Assembly (NCBI GenBank): GCA_043814255.1
Contig: JBDRKD010000034.1
Location: 1-42,261, forward strand
Direction of reading: 5' to 3'
Origin: Candidatus Micrarchaeota archaeon
GTDB lineage: Archaea > Micrarchaeota > Micrarchaeia > Burarchaeales > JAKAKT01
DNA length: 42,261 nucleotides
Both the position numbers and the translations under genes were made by a program. Shown here piece by piece: positions 7,949 through 21,741 of this stretch (within the stretch, counting starts at the first letter, position 1; every line of letters starts with the position of its first letter). The notes below the pieces were generated by a model, which saw only the letters and a program-made list of their open reading frames with translations, was not told where the DNA came from and did no database searches.

Positions 7949-9142
7949 TCAACCCCCAACGAGTTTCTTACCAAGTAGTGATTTCATGAGTGCCTTCCCA
8001 GCAAGGCTTATATACCCAATTTTATCACGTTTTATCCCAAGCCTATCTATTGCAGCGATAGTGTGCCCTCCACCAGCAAGCGAAAACGCACTGGAATTGG
8101 CGATTGCTTCAAGCACGAGCCTGGTTCCATGTTCGAACTCCTTTTCCTCTGAGACACCCATGGGGCCATTTATTATCACTGTCCCAGCAGTCATTATGGC
8201 AGCAGCATATGCTGTTGCAGTGTTTTCACCAATATCCTTCACCAAGAACTTGCTCGGAAGCGCATCAACCCCCAATTCCTCTCTGTTTCCACCACTATCA
8301 ACAGCAACATCCGTTGGGATGACTATCTTCTCACCATATCTTTCAAGGAGTTCCTTTGCCTTCGGGACTAGCTCTAGGTAGTTCTTTCGCTTTAGGAACT
8401 CATAACTCGGTTTCCCGATATCATAGCCCTTTCCAATCAACATGATGTTCCCCATAACCCCTCCAACAAGGGCCTGGTCCATGGTTCCCTTCTCGAGCCA
8501 TACATCCATTATTTTAAGGGAGTCCTCTGGCTTGGCTCCCCCGACAATGAACACACACGGTTTCTTTGGGCTCTCGATAGCCTTTGCTATGGACTTAACT
8601 TCCCATTCCATGACTCTTCCGGCAACAGATTTCATCACATTTGCGAACCCGACAATAGAAGCATGGGATCTGTGGGCTGCGGAAAACGCATCAAGCACAA
8701 AATAATCCGCAAGCGGTGCCAAGGATGAGACCAACTCCCCATTGGCGTGCTCCTCCGGGCTTTTTTCCTCAGTCTCTCCTTCAAAAAATCTGGTGTTCTC
8801 CAGCAAAAGAATCTCTCCATCTTTCAGTGCATCTATGGCGCCCCTCGCCTTTTCGCCAAAGAGGTCAGGCACATACCTAACCTTTCTTCCAATATATGTT
8901 GATAGCATCCCGGCGTGTTGTTCAAGGGAGATGTAATCATATTCCCCCTTTCTTCCCTGGTGTGCAAGTATGACTACCTTTGCTCCGTTTTCTGCCAACT
9001 CACCTATGGTCTTGGAATGGCCTTCAATTCTTTCTCCAGCAGAAATAGTTCCTGTATTCTTGTCCACAGGGCAGTTTATGTCGACTCTTACCAATACTCT
9101 TTTTCCCCTAACCTCAACATCATCCAATGTAAGGAAATCCAA
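7949..9142 (-). CDS. pgk: Phosphoglycerate kinase (archaeal type); C-terminus apparently frameshifted
   Basis: Motifs VLVRVDINCP, AHQGR, LLENTRF, DAFSAAHRSHAS, GGAKP, NGPMG and GGGHT. TTG start at 9142 follows GGTGG. Confidence 0.95.
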   Translation of the reverse strand: MDFLTLDDVEVRGKRVLVRVDINCPVDKNTGTISAGERIEGHSKTIGELAENGAKVVILAHQGRKGEYDYISLEQHAGMLSTYIGRKVRYVPDLFGEKARGAIDALKDGEILLLENTRFFEGETEEKSPEEHANGELVSSLAPLADYFVLDAFSAAHRSHASIVGFANVMKSVAGRVMEWEVKSIAKAIESPKKPCVFIVGGAKPEDSLKIMDVWLEKGTMDQALVGGVMGNIMLIGKGYDIGKPSYEFLKRKNYLELVPKAKELLERYGEKIVIPTDVAVDSGGNREELGVDALPSKFLVKDIGENTATAYAAAIMTAGTVIINGPMGVSEEKEFEHGTRLVLEAIANSSAFSLAGGGHTIAAIDRLGIKRDKIGYISLAGKALMKSLLGKKLVGG

Positions 9143-9158
9143 CCAACCACCCCCTGGT

Positions 9159-9539
9159 TTAAATTGGGACGCCATTAACAATACCGTCTTGCCCGACACG
9201 GTTTGTGACCTTTACCTTCCCGACTTCGGTGTCGAGGATGGCACCTTTCGTGATGATGTTCTTACGGGCATAGTGTCTGTTATCTGGAGTTTCCACAACA
9301 GTTCTTATTGTGACCTTTCTCATTCCCTCTTCGGTAAGCACATTTACATGAGCCGCTTTCTTGAGCTTAACTTTCGTTCTGCCCCCACGTACCCTTCTCC
9401 CAACGCCAACGTTTATATCAGAACATTTTGTCGCGGTGAATGGTCCACCTATCTCATGAAGCTTGACGCCATAGGAGTCCCTGACCTTGCCCCCGCTACC
9501 ACTAGTTTTCCTTCCAGAATGTCCGTGGTACTGTTCCAT
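9159..9539 (-). CDS. rps8e: 30S ribosomal protein S8e
   Basis: Motifs RVRGG, NRHYARKNIITKGAI and VTNRVGQDGIVNG; GGAGGT SD before ATG 9539. Confidence 0.96.
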   Translation of the reverse strand: MEQYHGHSGRKTSGSGGKVRDSYGVKLHEIGGPFTATKCSDINVGVGRRVRGGRTKVKLKKAAHVNVLTEEGMRKVTIRTVVETPDNRHYARKNIITKGAILDTEVGKVKVTNRVGQDGIVNGVPI

Positions 9540-9662
9540 AAGATAACCTCCCTCCAAATAAATATTCTAATCATAGGACTAATATATCCTCAGACGCACC
9601 TGTTACATGCTCTCCCGTACGTCGAAAACGTTATTAATGTGCTAATAATAATTAATAAATCT

Positions 9663-10136
9663 ATGGTGACTCTCATTGGAATAAGAACAAAAGCCAAAAC
9701 ATCAAAGGAGCTCTTCTCGAAACTCGCGAACCTATCCAAGCGTTATTCCATATTGCTTCAGGCATTCGACCCCAGCACAATCCTCTCTAAGCGACATATC
9801 CAACATGCATACGAGCTCTCAAAGCGCTCTTTTGCGAACAAGACGAACATAGCCCGCACAAGGGAGGCAGAACTCCTCCTCCGGGCCGCCGCCACACCAA
9901 AAATTGACCGGGCAATAGAGAAAATAGGGGTGAGAAACCCAAAAAGAATAATCCTCTTCTCACCATCCCACATTCCAAAATCAATTGTGGATGAGATCGG
10001 AGAACGAGACCAATCCCTCCTGAGACTCACCCAAAGAAAGAAAAACGAAATAGCAAAACTTTTTGGGATAGGGAAAGAGAAGCATATGTACTCGCTTGAG
10101 GAACTGCTTCTCGAAAGGATGGCGTTGATGGAATGA
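9663..10136 (+). CDS. cgi121: KEOPS complex subunit Cgi121
   Basis: Motifs QAFDP, HIQHA, NIARTREAELLLRAAATPKIDRAIEKIG and LLLERMAL. Confidence 0.85.
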   Translation: MVTLIGIRTKAKTSKELFSKLANLSKRYSILLQAFDPSTILSKRHIQHAYELSKRSFANKTNIARTREAELLLRAAATPKIDRAIEKIGVRNPKRIILFSPSHIPKSIVDEIGERDQSLLRLTQRKKNEIAKLFGIGKEKHMYSLEELLLERMALME

Positions 10137-10715
10137 CTACTCAACCAATTTCCGAACCCTTTTTCTCACCCCCCCAGAACACCGCTTAAGATATCCTCTC
10201 AGAATCTTTTCGTTCGCGTTCTTCCTAATCTCGCCTATAGCTTCTTGATTTAATGGTTCCTTGAAATAAACAAAATCTATAAGTGTTTTCTCCACATCCG
10301 AGACCGGAATCCAAAACTTCTGGTATCTCATCATCTTAAAACCGAAAAACATTTCGCGATTTATTCTTTTCACTAAATAATTCGCCCCGTCAAACGCCCT
10401 CACTCCGCTTCTGACTTTTCTTGGGGTTATCACAACCGGGTTAGTCTCTTGGCTCCATAGATTCATCAGAGAAAGGGCCTCCTGCAACCCATAATAAAAA
10501 GGCCTGAACCCAAATCCAACCACCTGGACATCATCACAGAAAGTATAAACTCCCCTGGATATTCTCTTAATCTCTCCTTTCGCCAGTAGGTTATGGATAA
10601 GGAGACGAAGATATCCTCTACTGATCCCTCGTTTTCCAAGAAACACCTGTAACTCCCCTATTGTAAAAGCAGCAGAAGCCCCAAACCGCTCTCGCACATC
10701 CTTCAAGTACTTCAT
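10137..10715 (-). CDS. AbiEi-like type IV antitoxin / wHTH regulator
   Basis: N-terminal wHTH (LLAKGEIKRISRGVY) and C-terminal VSDVEKTLIDF. ATGA-coupled to the upstream NTase gene. Confidence 0.8.
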   Translation of the reverse strand: MKYLKDVRERFGASAAFTIGELQVFLGKRGISRGYLRLLIHNLLAKGEIKRISRGVYTFCDDVQVVGFGFRPFYYGLQEALSLMNLWSQETNPVVITPRKVRSGVRAFDGANYLVKRINREMFFGFKMMRYQKFWIPVSDVEKTLIDFVYFKEPLNQEAIGEIRKNANEKILRGYLKRCSGGVRKRVRKLVE

Positions 10716-11356
10716 GAAAATCTCCTTTTCAGGGAATAGATAATCTGGTCAAACGTTGGTATCGTTCCAGAATAAACAACTGCCTTCAGGTTCTTCTCAT
10801 CGACAGGCTTTTGAATAGAGCCAATCAACTCCAGAACCTTTCCCAGAACCACTTCATCTTTACTCAGATAGTTCCGCAGGTGATAAACGTCATAGATATC
10901 TCGTATAAAGCGCCTCTCCCCATACGCAGCCATTTTCTCAAGAATCAAATCTTCTGGAGAAAGAGTCAGTACATCCATGAATGACCCATCCGTTCTCTCA
11001 TACGACCTGACTACTGAAGCCTTCTTAACCGAATAATTCATCTCAACGCGTATCTCAACATTCCCATCCGAAATCTTGCAAAAAACCAAATTAGCAGTTT
11101 TCTTGAATTTTTTAATAACAAGACCCCGTCCATCAACTACCCCCCGAAACTTTTGTTCAATCTTCCCAATACCGCTACAATAAAAATCCAGGTCCTCTGA
11201 GAACCTGTTCCCTCCATAGCACCTCCATATGGCTGTTCCCCCATGAAGCACTAAACCATTATCAACCCCATAAAGAATCTCCATTACCTCATCCTGCAGT
11301 AATGCAATCTCCACATGCATCCGTTTCCTCAACCTTCTTTCAAGCGGTATTATCAT
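10712..11356 (-). CDS. AbiEii-family nucleotidyltransferase toxin
   Basis: Motifs LHGGTAI, RFSEDLDF, EK and RDIYD. Confidence 0.9.
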   Translation of the reverse strand: MIIPLERRLRKRMHVEIALLQDEVMEILYGVDNGLVLHGGTAIWRCYGGNRFSEDLDFYCSGIGKIEQKFRGVVDGRGLVIKKFKKTANLVFCKISDGNVEIRVEMNYSVKKASVVRSYERTDGSFMDVLTLSPEDLILEKMAAYGERRFIRDIYDVYHLRNYLSKDEVVLGKVLELIGSIQKPVDEKNLKAVVYSGTIPTFDQIIYSLKRRFS

Positions 11357-11365
11357 GAATATATT

Positions 11366-11405
11366 AATCAACCAAAGTTATAAAAGAGTATATGTTTGGT
11401 TAATT
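11366..11405. promoter_or_regulatory. Inverted repeat flanking the TATA box of the AbiE-like operon (probable operator)
   Basis: AATCAACCAAA (11366-11376) and TTTGGTTAATT (11395-11405), one mismatch, surround TTATAAAA just upstream of the start. Confidence 0.55.
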
Positions 11406-11488
11406 CAGCTTTAAAAGCAGACTTGCGAGAGCCTCAGAGAAAACTAAGGGAAAGAGGGATTGGCCATCAAAAATAATTCTTTTTTCCT

Positions 11489-15200
<3,712 letters not shown>

Positions 15201-15263
15201 GGTTATAAGATTGTAGCGGTACCTATAAATATATTGGCATCCATTCTTTCAACAGGTGGTGGG

Positions 15264-15737
15264 ATGGCCGAATGCGAAATCTGCGGGAAAGAATCGAACC
15301 TTTATCTTGTTGAGATTGACCGGGCGAGGCTTCAGGTGTGTTTCGATTGTTCCAAGAGCGGGAAGGTGGTAGAGTCTCCCCATACGGAGCTGAGGCCTTC
15401 AAGACGACCAACCACCAAGCCGGTCCGGCATACAACCGAATTCGAGATTGTCCAAGACTATGGAAAGCGGATTAGCGAGGCAAGGAATAGAATGCACATA
15501 TCCAGAAGCGTGCTCGCGGAGATGATTAATGAGAAGGAGTCTTTTCTTGATAGGGTTGAATCCGAAAGGACGCTCCCTACAGAATCGCTTGTAAAGAAGC
15601 TTGAGAAGACGTTAAATATATCATTATATGAGGAAGTGGGGCTCGGTTCTGGTGGACTCAGTGGCGACCAAAAAAAAGGCCTGACTCTTGGAGACGTCAT
15701 ACAACTCAAGAGAAGGGGGAAGAGAGATGGGGACTGA
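15264..15737 (+). CDS. mbf1: Archaeal multiprotein bridging factor 1 (Zn-ribbon + HTH)
   Basis: CEICG...VCFDC, an HTH, and C-terminal LTLGDVI. Confidence 0.92.
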   Translation: MAECEICGKESNLYLVEIDRARLQVCFDCSKSGKVVESPHTELRPSRRPTTKPVRHTTEFEIVQDYGKRISEARNRMHISRSVLAEMINEKESFLDRVESERTLPTESLVKKLEKTLNISLYEEVGLGSGGLSGDQKKGLTLGDVIQLKRRGKRDGD

Positions 15738-16746
15738 CCTTTCGGGCATCATACAGGAGAAACCAATTTCCCTAGAATATCTCGCAGGAAGGAAAATTGC
15801 GATTGACGCTTATAATGCAATATATCAATTTCTCTCAATAATCCGCCAACGCGACGGAACTCCCTTAATGGATTATAATGGAAAAGTCACAAGCCATCTA
15901 TCAGGAATCTTCTATAGGACCTCCCGCCTCATGGCGCTTGGCATAAGCCCAATATATGTGTTCGATGGGAAGCCTTCTGTTCTCAAGCGTTCAACGATTG
16001 AGGCGAGATCTAAGGTAAGGGATGACGCCAGACGGCAATGGAAGGACGCACTCCAGAAGGGAGATATGGAAAAGGCGCGCATGAAGGCGCAGGCATCGTC
16101 ACGCCTCACCAGAGAGATGGTCGAGGATTCCAAACGCCTTCTATCACATATGGGCGTTCCATACATGCAGGCACCAAGCGAAGGCGAGGCTCAGGCAGCG
16201 TTTCTGGCAACAAACGGTGAAGCATATGCGTGCGCTTCCCAGGATTATGACGCACTTCTTTTTGGTTCCCCGCTACTTGTAAGGAACTTTACCATGAGTG
16301 GGAGAAGGAAGCTTCCCAGAAAGGGAATATACACTGAGGTCGTACCCCAGCTTATCGACCTGCAGGAGAATACCTCCTCCCTTGGTTTGACCCGCCAGAA
16401 GCTCATATGGATCGCACTGTTGGTAGGCACTGACTTCAATGATGGTGTTAAGGGGATTGGGCCTAAGAAGGCTTACAAGCTAGTGAAGGAATGCTCGACA
16501 CTAGATGAGCTCATGAAGAAATCCGGCGGGGAGTTCGAGGTGGATTTAGGGGAGGTGGAAGCGCTCTTCCTGACCCCCCCCATGAGCGAGGCCCCGATGG
16601 AGCCAGGACAATTCGATTTAAAAGAGCTTAGGGACTTCCTTTCATCAAGGGCATTCTCTCCTGAACGGGTTGAGAATACCATAAACGCAATTTCCCGTGC
16701 GCACAGGGAAAAAGGAGTCCAGTCAAGACTGGATACATTCGAGTGA
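15727..16746 (+). CDS. fen: Flap endonuclease 1
   Basis: Motifs AIDAYNAIYQFLSIIRQRDG, APSEGEAQAA, SQDYDALLFG and GTDFN; C-terminal PIP box QSRLDTF. Confidence 0.97.
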   Translation: MGTDLSGIIQEKPISLEYLAGRKIAIDAYNAIYQFLSIIRQRDGTPLMDYNGKVTSHLSGIFYRTSRLMALGISPIYVFDGKPSVLKRSTIEARSKVRDDARRQWKDALQKGDMEKARMKAQASSRLTREMVEDSKRLLSHMGVPYMQAPSEGEAQAAFLATNGEAYACASQDYDALLFGSPLLVRNFTMSGRRKLPRKGIYTEVVPQLIDLQENTSSLGLTRQKLIWIALLVGTDFNDGVKGIGPKKAYKLVKECSTLDELMKKSGGEFEVDLGEVEALFLTPPMSEAPMEPGQFDLKELRDFLSSRAFSPERVENTINAISRAHREKGVQSRLDTFE

Positions 16747-16810
16747 CAGTCCAAAATCTATAAAATACAGTGTGTCCATATATTGTTCCTATTTCTTCAG
16801 GTGTGATCTA

Positions 16811-17731
16811 ATGAAGCATGCGAAAAAAACCCGTTCTAGGAGTAAAAAGAAAAAAAACAGACCGAATTTTTTCTTGAGGATGTTCGGTTTTGGTAGAACG
16901 GATGGAAAAAAGGAGCTGATGAGGACAGCAACATCCATCACCCGGACCGATTATCGCGAACAGAGGATAACCGAGCTGGACAAGCAGAGAGAGGCACTCG
17001 AAAGGCTATCTGAAAGAGTCGGGCAGTTAAAGAGTAAGCTCGACACCCAAGGATTGATAAGGATAGCCCCTGGCGACATCCCCGCAGTACCCAAGGATCT
17101 TACAGGTGACGGCCCAAAGCATTTCCACGAGCAGGCCACTATGCTCGTTTCCAAAGATAGCACACTCGCAATCAATGTCAAGAGACTTACTGAAGTGCTG
17201 GGTATGATGAAAGGCCTATGCAAAGAGATGGCCGAAACCGAAGGGAGGATTAAGAGTTCAATGTCCATCGGTTCGGAGTCTTTGCCCTTTGGCCCCAAGG
17301 AGCAAATCTATCATGGTGTTTTTGATGGCAGCTTTAAAAGGATCGGTCTTCTGGCGATGGAGGAAGAGCTAAGGGAAATCAAATCCAGTCTCCAGAAGGT
17401 TCTAAGTTTAGTTGACCATTTTCAATATGCCGCGGTCCAAAAGGCTGCCGACACGTTATTCCGTACTGGCAGATATGTGGATGTGTCAAAAGACAGATCC
17501 AAACAAGTTGTTAGTACAGGTACTGGTCACATGGAGAAGATATCAAAACACCTTACTAAACTAGTACTTGCTGTTGATGATTTGTTTGGCAGAATAAATA
17601 CACTGGTTAAGGGCCAAACAGAGTTTGACTCATTCTCATCCAAACTAGAGCTATATACCCGTTCTGTTAATAGCTTTATTTCATACAACGAGATGCGTAT
17701 CGACAGACCTCGAGAAACCCCTGTAGCCTAA
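16811..17731 (+). CDS. Hypothetical coiled-coil protein with basic N-terminus
   Basis: 306-aa ORF from ATG 16811. A K/R-rich start is followed by FFLRMFGFG and heptad-like helices. Confidence 0.65.
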   Translation: MKHAKKTRSRSKKKKNRPNFFLRMFGFGRTDGKKELMRTATSITRTDYREQRITELDKQREALERLSERVGQLKSKLDTQGLIRIAPGDIPAVPKDLTGDGPKHFHEQATMLVSKDSTLAINVKRLTEVLGMMKGLCKEMAETEGRIKSSMSIGSESLPFGPKEQIYHGVFDGSFKRIGLLAMEEELREIKSSLQKVLSLVDHFQYAAVQKAADTLFRTGRYVDVSKDRSKQVVSTGTGHMEKISKHLTKLVLAVDDLFGRINTLVKGQTEFDSFSSKLELYTRSVNSFISYNEMRIDRPRETPVA

Positions 17732-17805
17732 CGTTAACAAACCATCCAAACATCATCAAGGCGTTTATAAATCTTACATGCAGATTCTATGCCATCAGTG
17801 ATTCT

Positions 17806-19221
17806 ATGCGTACTAAAAACATTGCCGCAGGTTTAATCATAATCGCAACAGCATTACTCTTCTATGCATTGCTTGTTTCGGATGCGAACGGCTTCATAAA
17901 ATTCCTCTTATCACTTGTGCTTCTCGCAGGCTGCGGGCTAAGCATCCAATCACTGCTTGGTCTTGAAGGCGAATACGGGCTCCTTCTCATAAGGACGAAA
18001 AAGGGTCTTGAGTACATAGATGTACTGGCAAACGCGGCCCCCCGTTTCTGGCAAGGCTGCGCAGACTTTGGCACAGTGCTTGGTTTTGGCGCGTCATCGA
18101 TCTTCTTCTTTAAGAAAATCCCAAAGAAGACATATCTTTTCTCACTATTTGCTCTCATCATTGTTTCGCAGACTATGATGCAGGAGGTGTTCCATGTAGT
18201 TGTAACTCTCATCAACATACCTGTGGAGTTGGGGGGCCTATCAGACCACGGAGGCCCCGTGGATATTCTCCTACCAATAATAATAATCTTCTCAATGCTC
18301 TTCTTCGGGTTCTGCGGAGTGACTGTCGTGGGCCTCATAGCGAACAGTTATTCTATACTTTCAAACATAATCGGAGTAATCCTCTCGGTCCCAGGAGCGG
18401 ATCTTGCGGACGCGGTGCCCGGCGCATCACCAGTCATACCTGGCATAAACATGCCATTAATTGAAGGCCTCATAGCCCTGGCATTCCTCCTATTCATACA
18501 TGAAGCATCTCATGGGATCCTATCCAGAATAGGCAAGATAAAGCTTGAATCTGCAGGCCTGCTGTTGTTCGGCATAGTTCCTGTTGGGGCGTTTGTTGAC
18601 CCAGACGAAAAATCGCTTGCTAAAAAAGATATTGATGTACAGACAAGGGTATTTTCAGCAGGTCCAGCATCCAACATGATAGTATTCATAGTAATGTTTT
18701 TCATCTTACTGGCGTTTGAATCGTTCTCAGTACCATATCTGGATCCCGGGGTGTATGTGCACTCAGTCGACTTCAACTCCTCTGCCTACAACGCCAACAT
18801 AACTACTGGGACATCGCTAGTCTCAATCGATAACATCCCAATAACTTGGGACAACCTGGAGCAGTTCAGGTCATTGGTGACCGACAGCGAATCAGTAACG
18901 CTCCAGACAGATGCCGGAACCCATGTTCTAGAACCGAAGGAATCGGTTCCCGGGGGAGAAAGAACCCTCGGATTACGTCTCCCACCGCAGCGATATTACC
19001 TGGGCGATTACTACTGGATGGGATTCATCAAGAACACACTCGGCCTTATATTCGTCCTCAATTTCCTTGTTGGTGTGATAAATTTCATGCCGATGTTTAT
19101 GGCATTCGATGGCTATAGGATACTATCACTCCACACTAAGAACAAAATGATTGTGAAAATAATCTCTTATGCATTACTGGCGATGCTCCTTCTCAACTTC
19201 GTTCCTTGGCTCTGGAGGTAA
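17806..19221 (+). CDS. Site-2 protease (M50) with PDZ-like insert
   Basis: Motifs HEASH, GAFVDPD, AGPASN and NFMP...FDG. Confidence 0.92.
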   Translation: MRTKNIAAGLIIIATALLFYALLVSDANGFIKFLLSLVLLAGCGLSIQSLLGLEGEYGLLLIRTKKGLEYIDVLANAAPRFWQGCADFGTVLGFGASSIFFFKKIPKKTYLFSLFALIIVSQTMMQEVFHVVVTLINIPVELGGLSDHGGPVDILLPIIIIFSMLFFGFCGVTVVGLIANSYSILSNIIGVILSVPGADLADAVPGASPVIPGINMPLIEGLIALAFLLFIHEASHGILSRIGKIKLESAGLLLFGIVPVGAFVDPDEKSLAKKDIDVQTRVFSAGPASNMIVFIVMFFILLAFESFSVPYLDPGVYVHSVDFNSSAYNANITTGTSLVSIDNIPITWDNLEQFRSLVTDSESVTLQTDAGTHVLEPKESVPGGERTLGLRLPPQRYYLGDYYWMGFIKNTLGLIFVLNFLVGVINFMPMFMAFDGYRILSLHTKNKMIVKIISYALLAMLLLNFVPWLWR

Positions 19222-19259
19222 TTTCAACAAATTACTTGAGCGAAAGGTTTAAATACTTA

Positions 19260-19319
19260 TGTTATATATATCTAACATAATGTTAAATAAATACAACAAA
19301 ATGTTGTAAATAAATAACA
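19260..19319. promoter_or_regulatory. Three phased TGTT-N10-AACA operator palindromes
   Basis: Sites at 19260-19277, 19281-19298 and 19302-19319 (21-bp period), downstream of TTTAAATA and upstream of the DUF2178-like/HTH operon. Confidence 0.75.
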
Positions 19320-19330
19320 GGGGTTATAAA

Positions 19331-19951
19331 ATGGAACGAAAACCTGAACAAATATTGCTGAAATTTATGTTAGGGATGGGAATTGGAATATGTTTGATAG
19401 CCACTTATCTAATGATTAAAGGATTTGTGAACTGGGGAATTGTTACTTTAATAATTGGGGTAGTTACAATCGCTGTTAGTTCAAAAAATAAATCTATAAA
19501 GGAGATTGAAAAAACAAAAACAAAAAATAATCTAAGACGAAATGAAAGAATAGGATTGACAGCAATTGTGATAATAAGTTTGTTTGTAATTACAACCGGA
19601 GCTCTATCCTCATATAGTTCTTTCAAAAATGGAAACGTTGCAGGAGGAATTCTAGGAATTATTATTGCAATTTTAATTCTCAGATTTGCTGTATTTGTTT
19701 TTAGAAGAGGAAATAGAGATATGAAAGAAGGATTTCCTTTACAAGATGAAAGAAGTAAGAGAGTATTAGAAAAATCAAGTTCTTTAGCATTCTATGTTTC
19801 GCTTTATCTATTACTAGCAATCGGGTTTTTATCTGACGGCATAATAAAGTTCAGGGATGTCAGCCAAGCAACAGGCCTTGCAATAGGTGGGATGGCTCTG
19901 TTGTTTGCTGTTTTTTGGGTATATTACAACAGGAAAGGGGATGTGGAATGA
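19331..19951 (+). CDS. DUF2178-like membrane protein
   Basis: Multiple TMs; [12 protein letters not shown] motif; largely AT-rich coding sequence. Confidence 0.78.
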   Translation: MERKPEQILLKFMLGMGIGICLIATYLMIKGFVNWGIVTLIIGVVTIAVSSKNKSIKEIEKTKTKNNLRRNERIGLTAIVIISLFVITTGALSSYSSFKNGNVAGGILGIIIAILILRFAVFVFRRGNRDMKEGFPLQDERSKRVLEKSSSLAFYVSLYLLLAIGFLSDGIIKFRDVSQATGLAIGGMALLFAVFWVYYNRKGDVE

Positions 19952-20139
19952 AAACAAGAGTAAAAGAACTAAGAGCGAGGTATGACCTAACACAGGAGGA
20001 CCTTGCAAGAAAAGTGGGTGTGAGAAGGGAGACAATCGTTTTCCTAGAGAAGGGGAAATACAATCCATCCCTAAAACTAGCACACCAAGTAGCGAAAGTT
20101 CTCAAAACAACAATAGACGAGCTGTTCCTCTTTGATTAG
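19948..20139 (+). CDS. Xre/Cro HTH transcriptional regulator
   Basis: [32 protein letters not shown]; ATGA overlap with the upstream gene. Confidence 0.92.
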   Translation: MKTRVKELRARYDLTQEDLARKVGVRRETIVFLEKGKYNPSLKLAHQVAKVLKTTIDELFLFD

Positions 20140-21191
20140 AACTCCATCCCACTGATGCCCCAATCCCCTGAGACCTTCTCCAGTTTGGAAACTCTCTTTC
20201 CCAAGTTGTATTGTCCCTTTATCCCTGTGAATATTGTAATGGCTTCTATCTTCCCCTCGAAAGACGGATCCATTCTAGCTCCCCATACCACATTGGCATT
20301 TGGATCAACACGTTCTGTAAGGGCTTCACCAACACCGTTCGCTTCCCCAAGAGTGAGGTCAGAGCCTCCAGTGAGGTGGAGGAGCACTCCGTTCGCCCCG
20401 CTGAAATCAACATCAAGCAGTCTGTGGTTCAACGTGTTCTTTACCACATCCCTCTCCCTGTTCGACCCCTTGGCCTCCCCAACAGCGATCATGGACACGC
20501 CTCCGCCGTTCATCACTGACCTCACATCTGCGAAATCCAGGTTTATCAGGCTTGGGGTGGTAATAGTTTCGGTTATTCCCCGCACAGCTCTTGCAACTAT
20601 CTCATCCGCAATATTAAATGCTTGGTCTATTGGGAGATTTGGAACGAATTCAACCAATCTATTATTATCTATAATGACAAGCGTATCTACAGATTTCTTC
20701 AACCTCTCAATTCCATCATCCGCTTTCTTGAGTCTCGCTCTCTCGAGCGCGAAAGGATACGTCACCATACCGACAACTATGGCCCCCTCCTCTTTCGCAA
20801 TGTCTGCGATTATTGGCGCACTACCAGTTCCTGTTCCTCCCCCCATACCTGCGGCGAGAAACATCAGGTCTGTGTTTTTGAGAAGTTTCTTCATTGCCTC
20901 TTTGGAGATTTCGGCTGCCTTCATTCCTATTTCCGGATATCCTCCAGCACCCAACCCTTTTGTGAGTTGGGCCCCAATGAGCATACGTGTTGCCTTGTCT
21001 GATATTGTCGTTAAGTGTTTTCTGTCTGTGTTAAATGCGATGAGTTCTGCACCAGCGACTCCTGCCTTCGCAAGCCTGTTAATTGTATTGCATCCTGCGC
21101 CACCTGTCCCAACGACAACGATTCTCGGGGCCCCAATGCGGGCATCACTATTACCACTGTTTTTCTTAGCAGACGCAAGTATCGATTCCAT
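20136..21191 (-). CDS. ftsZ: Cell division protein FtsZ (FtsZ2-like)
   Basis: GGAGCN and [17 protein letters not shown] and [14 protein letters not shown] fit the archaeal FtsZ2 pattern. Confidence 0.97.
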   Translation of the reverse strand: MESILASAKKNSGNSDARIGAPRIVVVGTGGAGCNTINRLAKAGVAGAELIAFNTDRKHLTTISDKATRMLIGAQLTKGLGAGGYPEIGMKAAEISKEAMKKLLKNTDLMFLAAGMGGGTGTGSAPIIADIAKEEGAIVVGMVTYPFALERARLKKADDGIERLKKSVDTLVIIDNNRLVEFVPNLPIDQAFNIADEIVARAVRGITETITTPSLINLDFADVRSVMNGGGVSMIAVGEAKGSNRERDVVKNTLNHRLLDVDFSGANGVLLHLTGGSDLTLGEANGVGEALTERVDPNANVVWGARMDPSFEGKIEAITIFTGIKGQYNLGKRVSKLEKVSGDWGISGMEF

Positions 21192-21284
21192 TGAAACACA
21201 CCCCTCACTATGTTTTCTAGGGTTCAATATTTAAATATACCTTCAGGCAAAGAGAAAGCCGAGCAAATATCAGAACAAAGAACC

Positions 21285-21737
21285 CTAATAATTCCCAGGC
21301 CCTTTCTTTATTTCGAACTCGCAGTAGTCGCTTTCCACTGCAACGCACTTAACCTCAGTTACGCTGACATCCCTCCAATCCTTGAATTCACAATACGCCC
21401 CACGCAGAATCCCCCTTATGAAGCTGCATTGCGGTATTCCTTTTGACTTGAGTTCTGTGAGTGGCGAGTTGTAGATTTTGACCTTCATCTCAACCGGATA
21501 GTTACTTGCTGGGTCATTCCTTGGAAGCACAGACTCGTAGCTTATATCACCCAAACCCTCTTTCTCCATATGGTCTTTCAGGACGTCCATGAGGATTCGC
21601 GGATCATTTATTGTCCTGTTCTTGACCATCGTTCTCCCTATCCTCTCTCCAGCGGCGAACATTATCCTATGCGTGGTGAAGTCTCCGACTATACTGAACA
21701 TAGACTCATAAACATCAACAAGGGATTCCGATTTCAA
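21285..21737 (-). CDS. V4R domain protein
   Basis: PQCSFIRGILRG...EVKCVAVESDYCEFEI; probable TTG start after GGTGA. Confidence 0.85.
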   Translation of the reverse strand: MKSESLVDVYESMFSIVGDFTTHRIMFAAGERIGRTMVKNRTINDPRILMDVLKDHMEKEGLGDISYESVLPRNDPASNYPVEMKVKIYNSPLTELKSKGIPQCSFIRGILRGAYCEFKDWRDVSVTEVKCVAVESDYCEFEIKKGPGNY

Positions 21738-21741
21738 TACA

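Noticed and set aside
8970-9662. 388-aa ORF 8970-10136 as one long protein
   Set aside because: Its first ~230 codons are antisense to pgk and rps8e or intergenic; only the Cgi121 part from 9663 is credible.
20155-21234. 359-aa plus-strand ORF
   Set aside because: Antisense shadow of ftsZ with no recognisable motifs.
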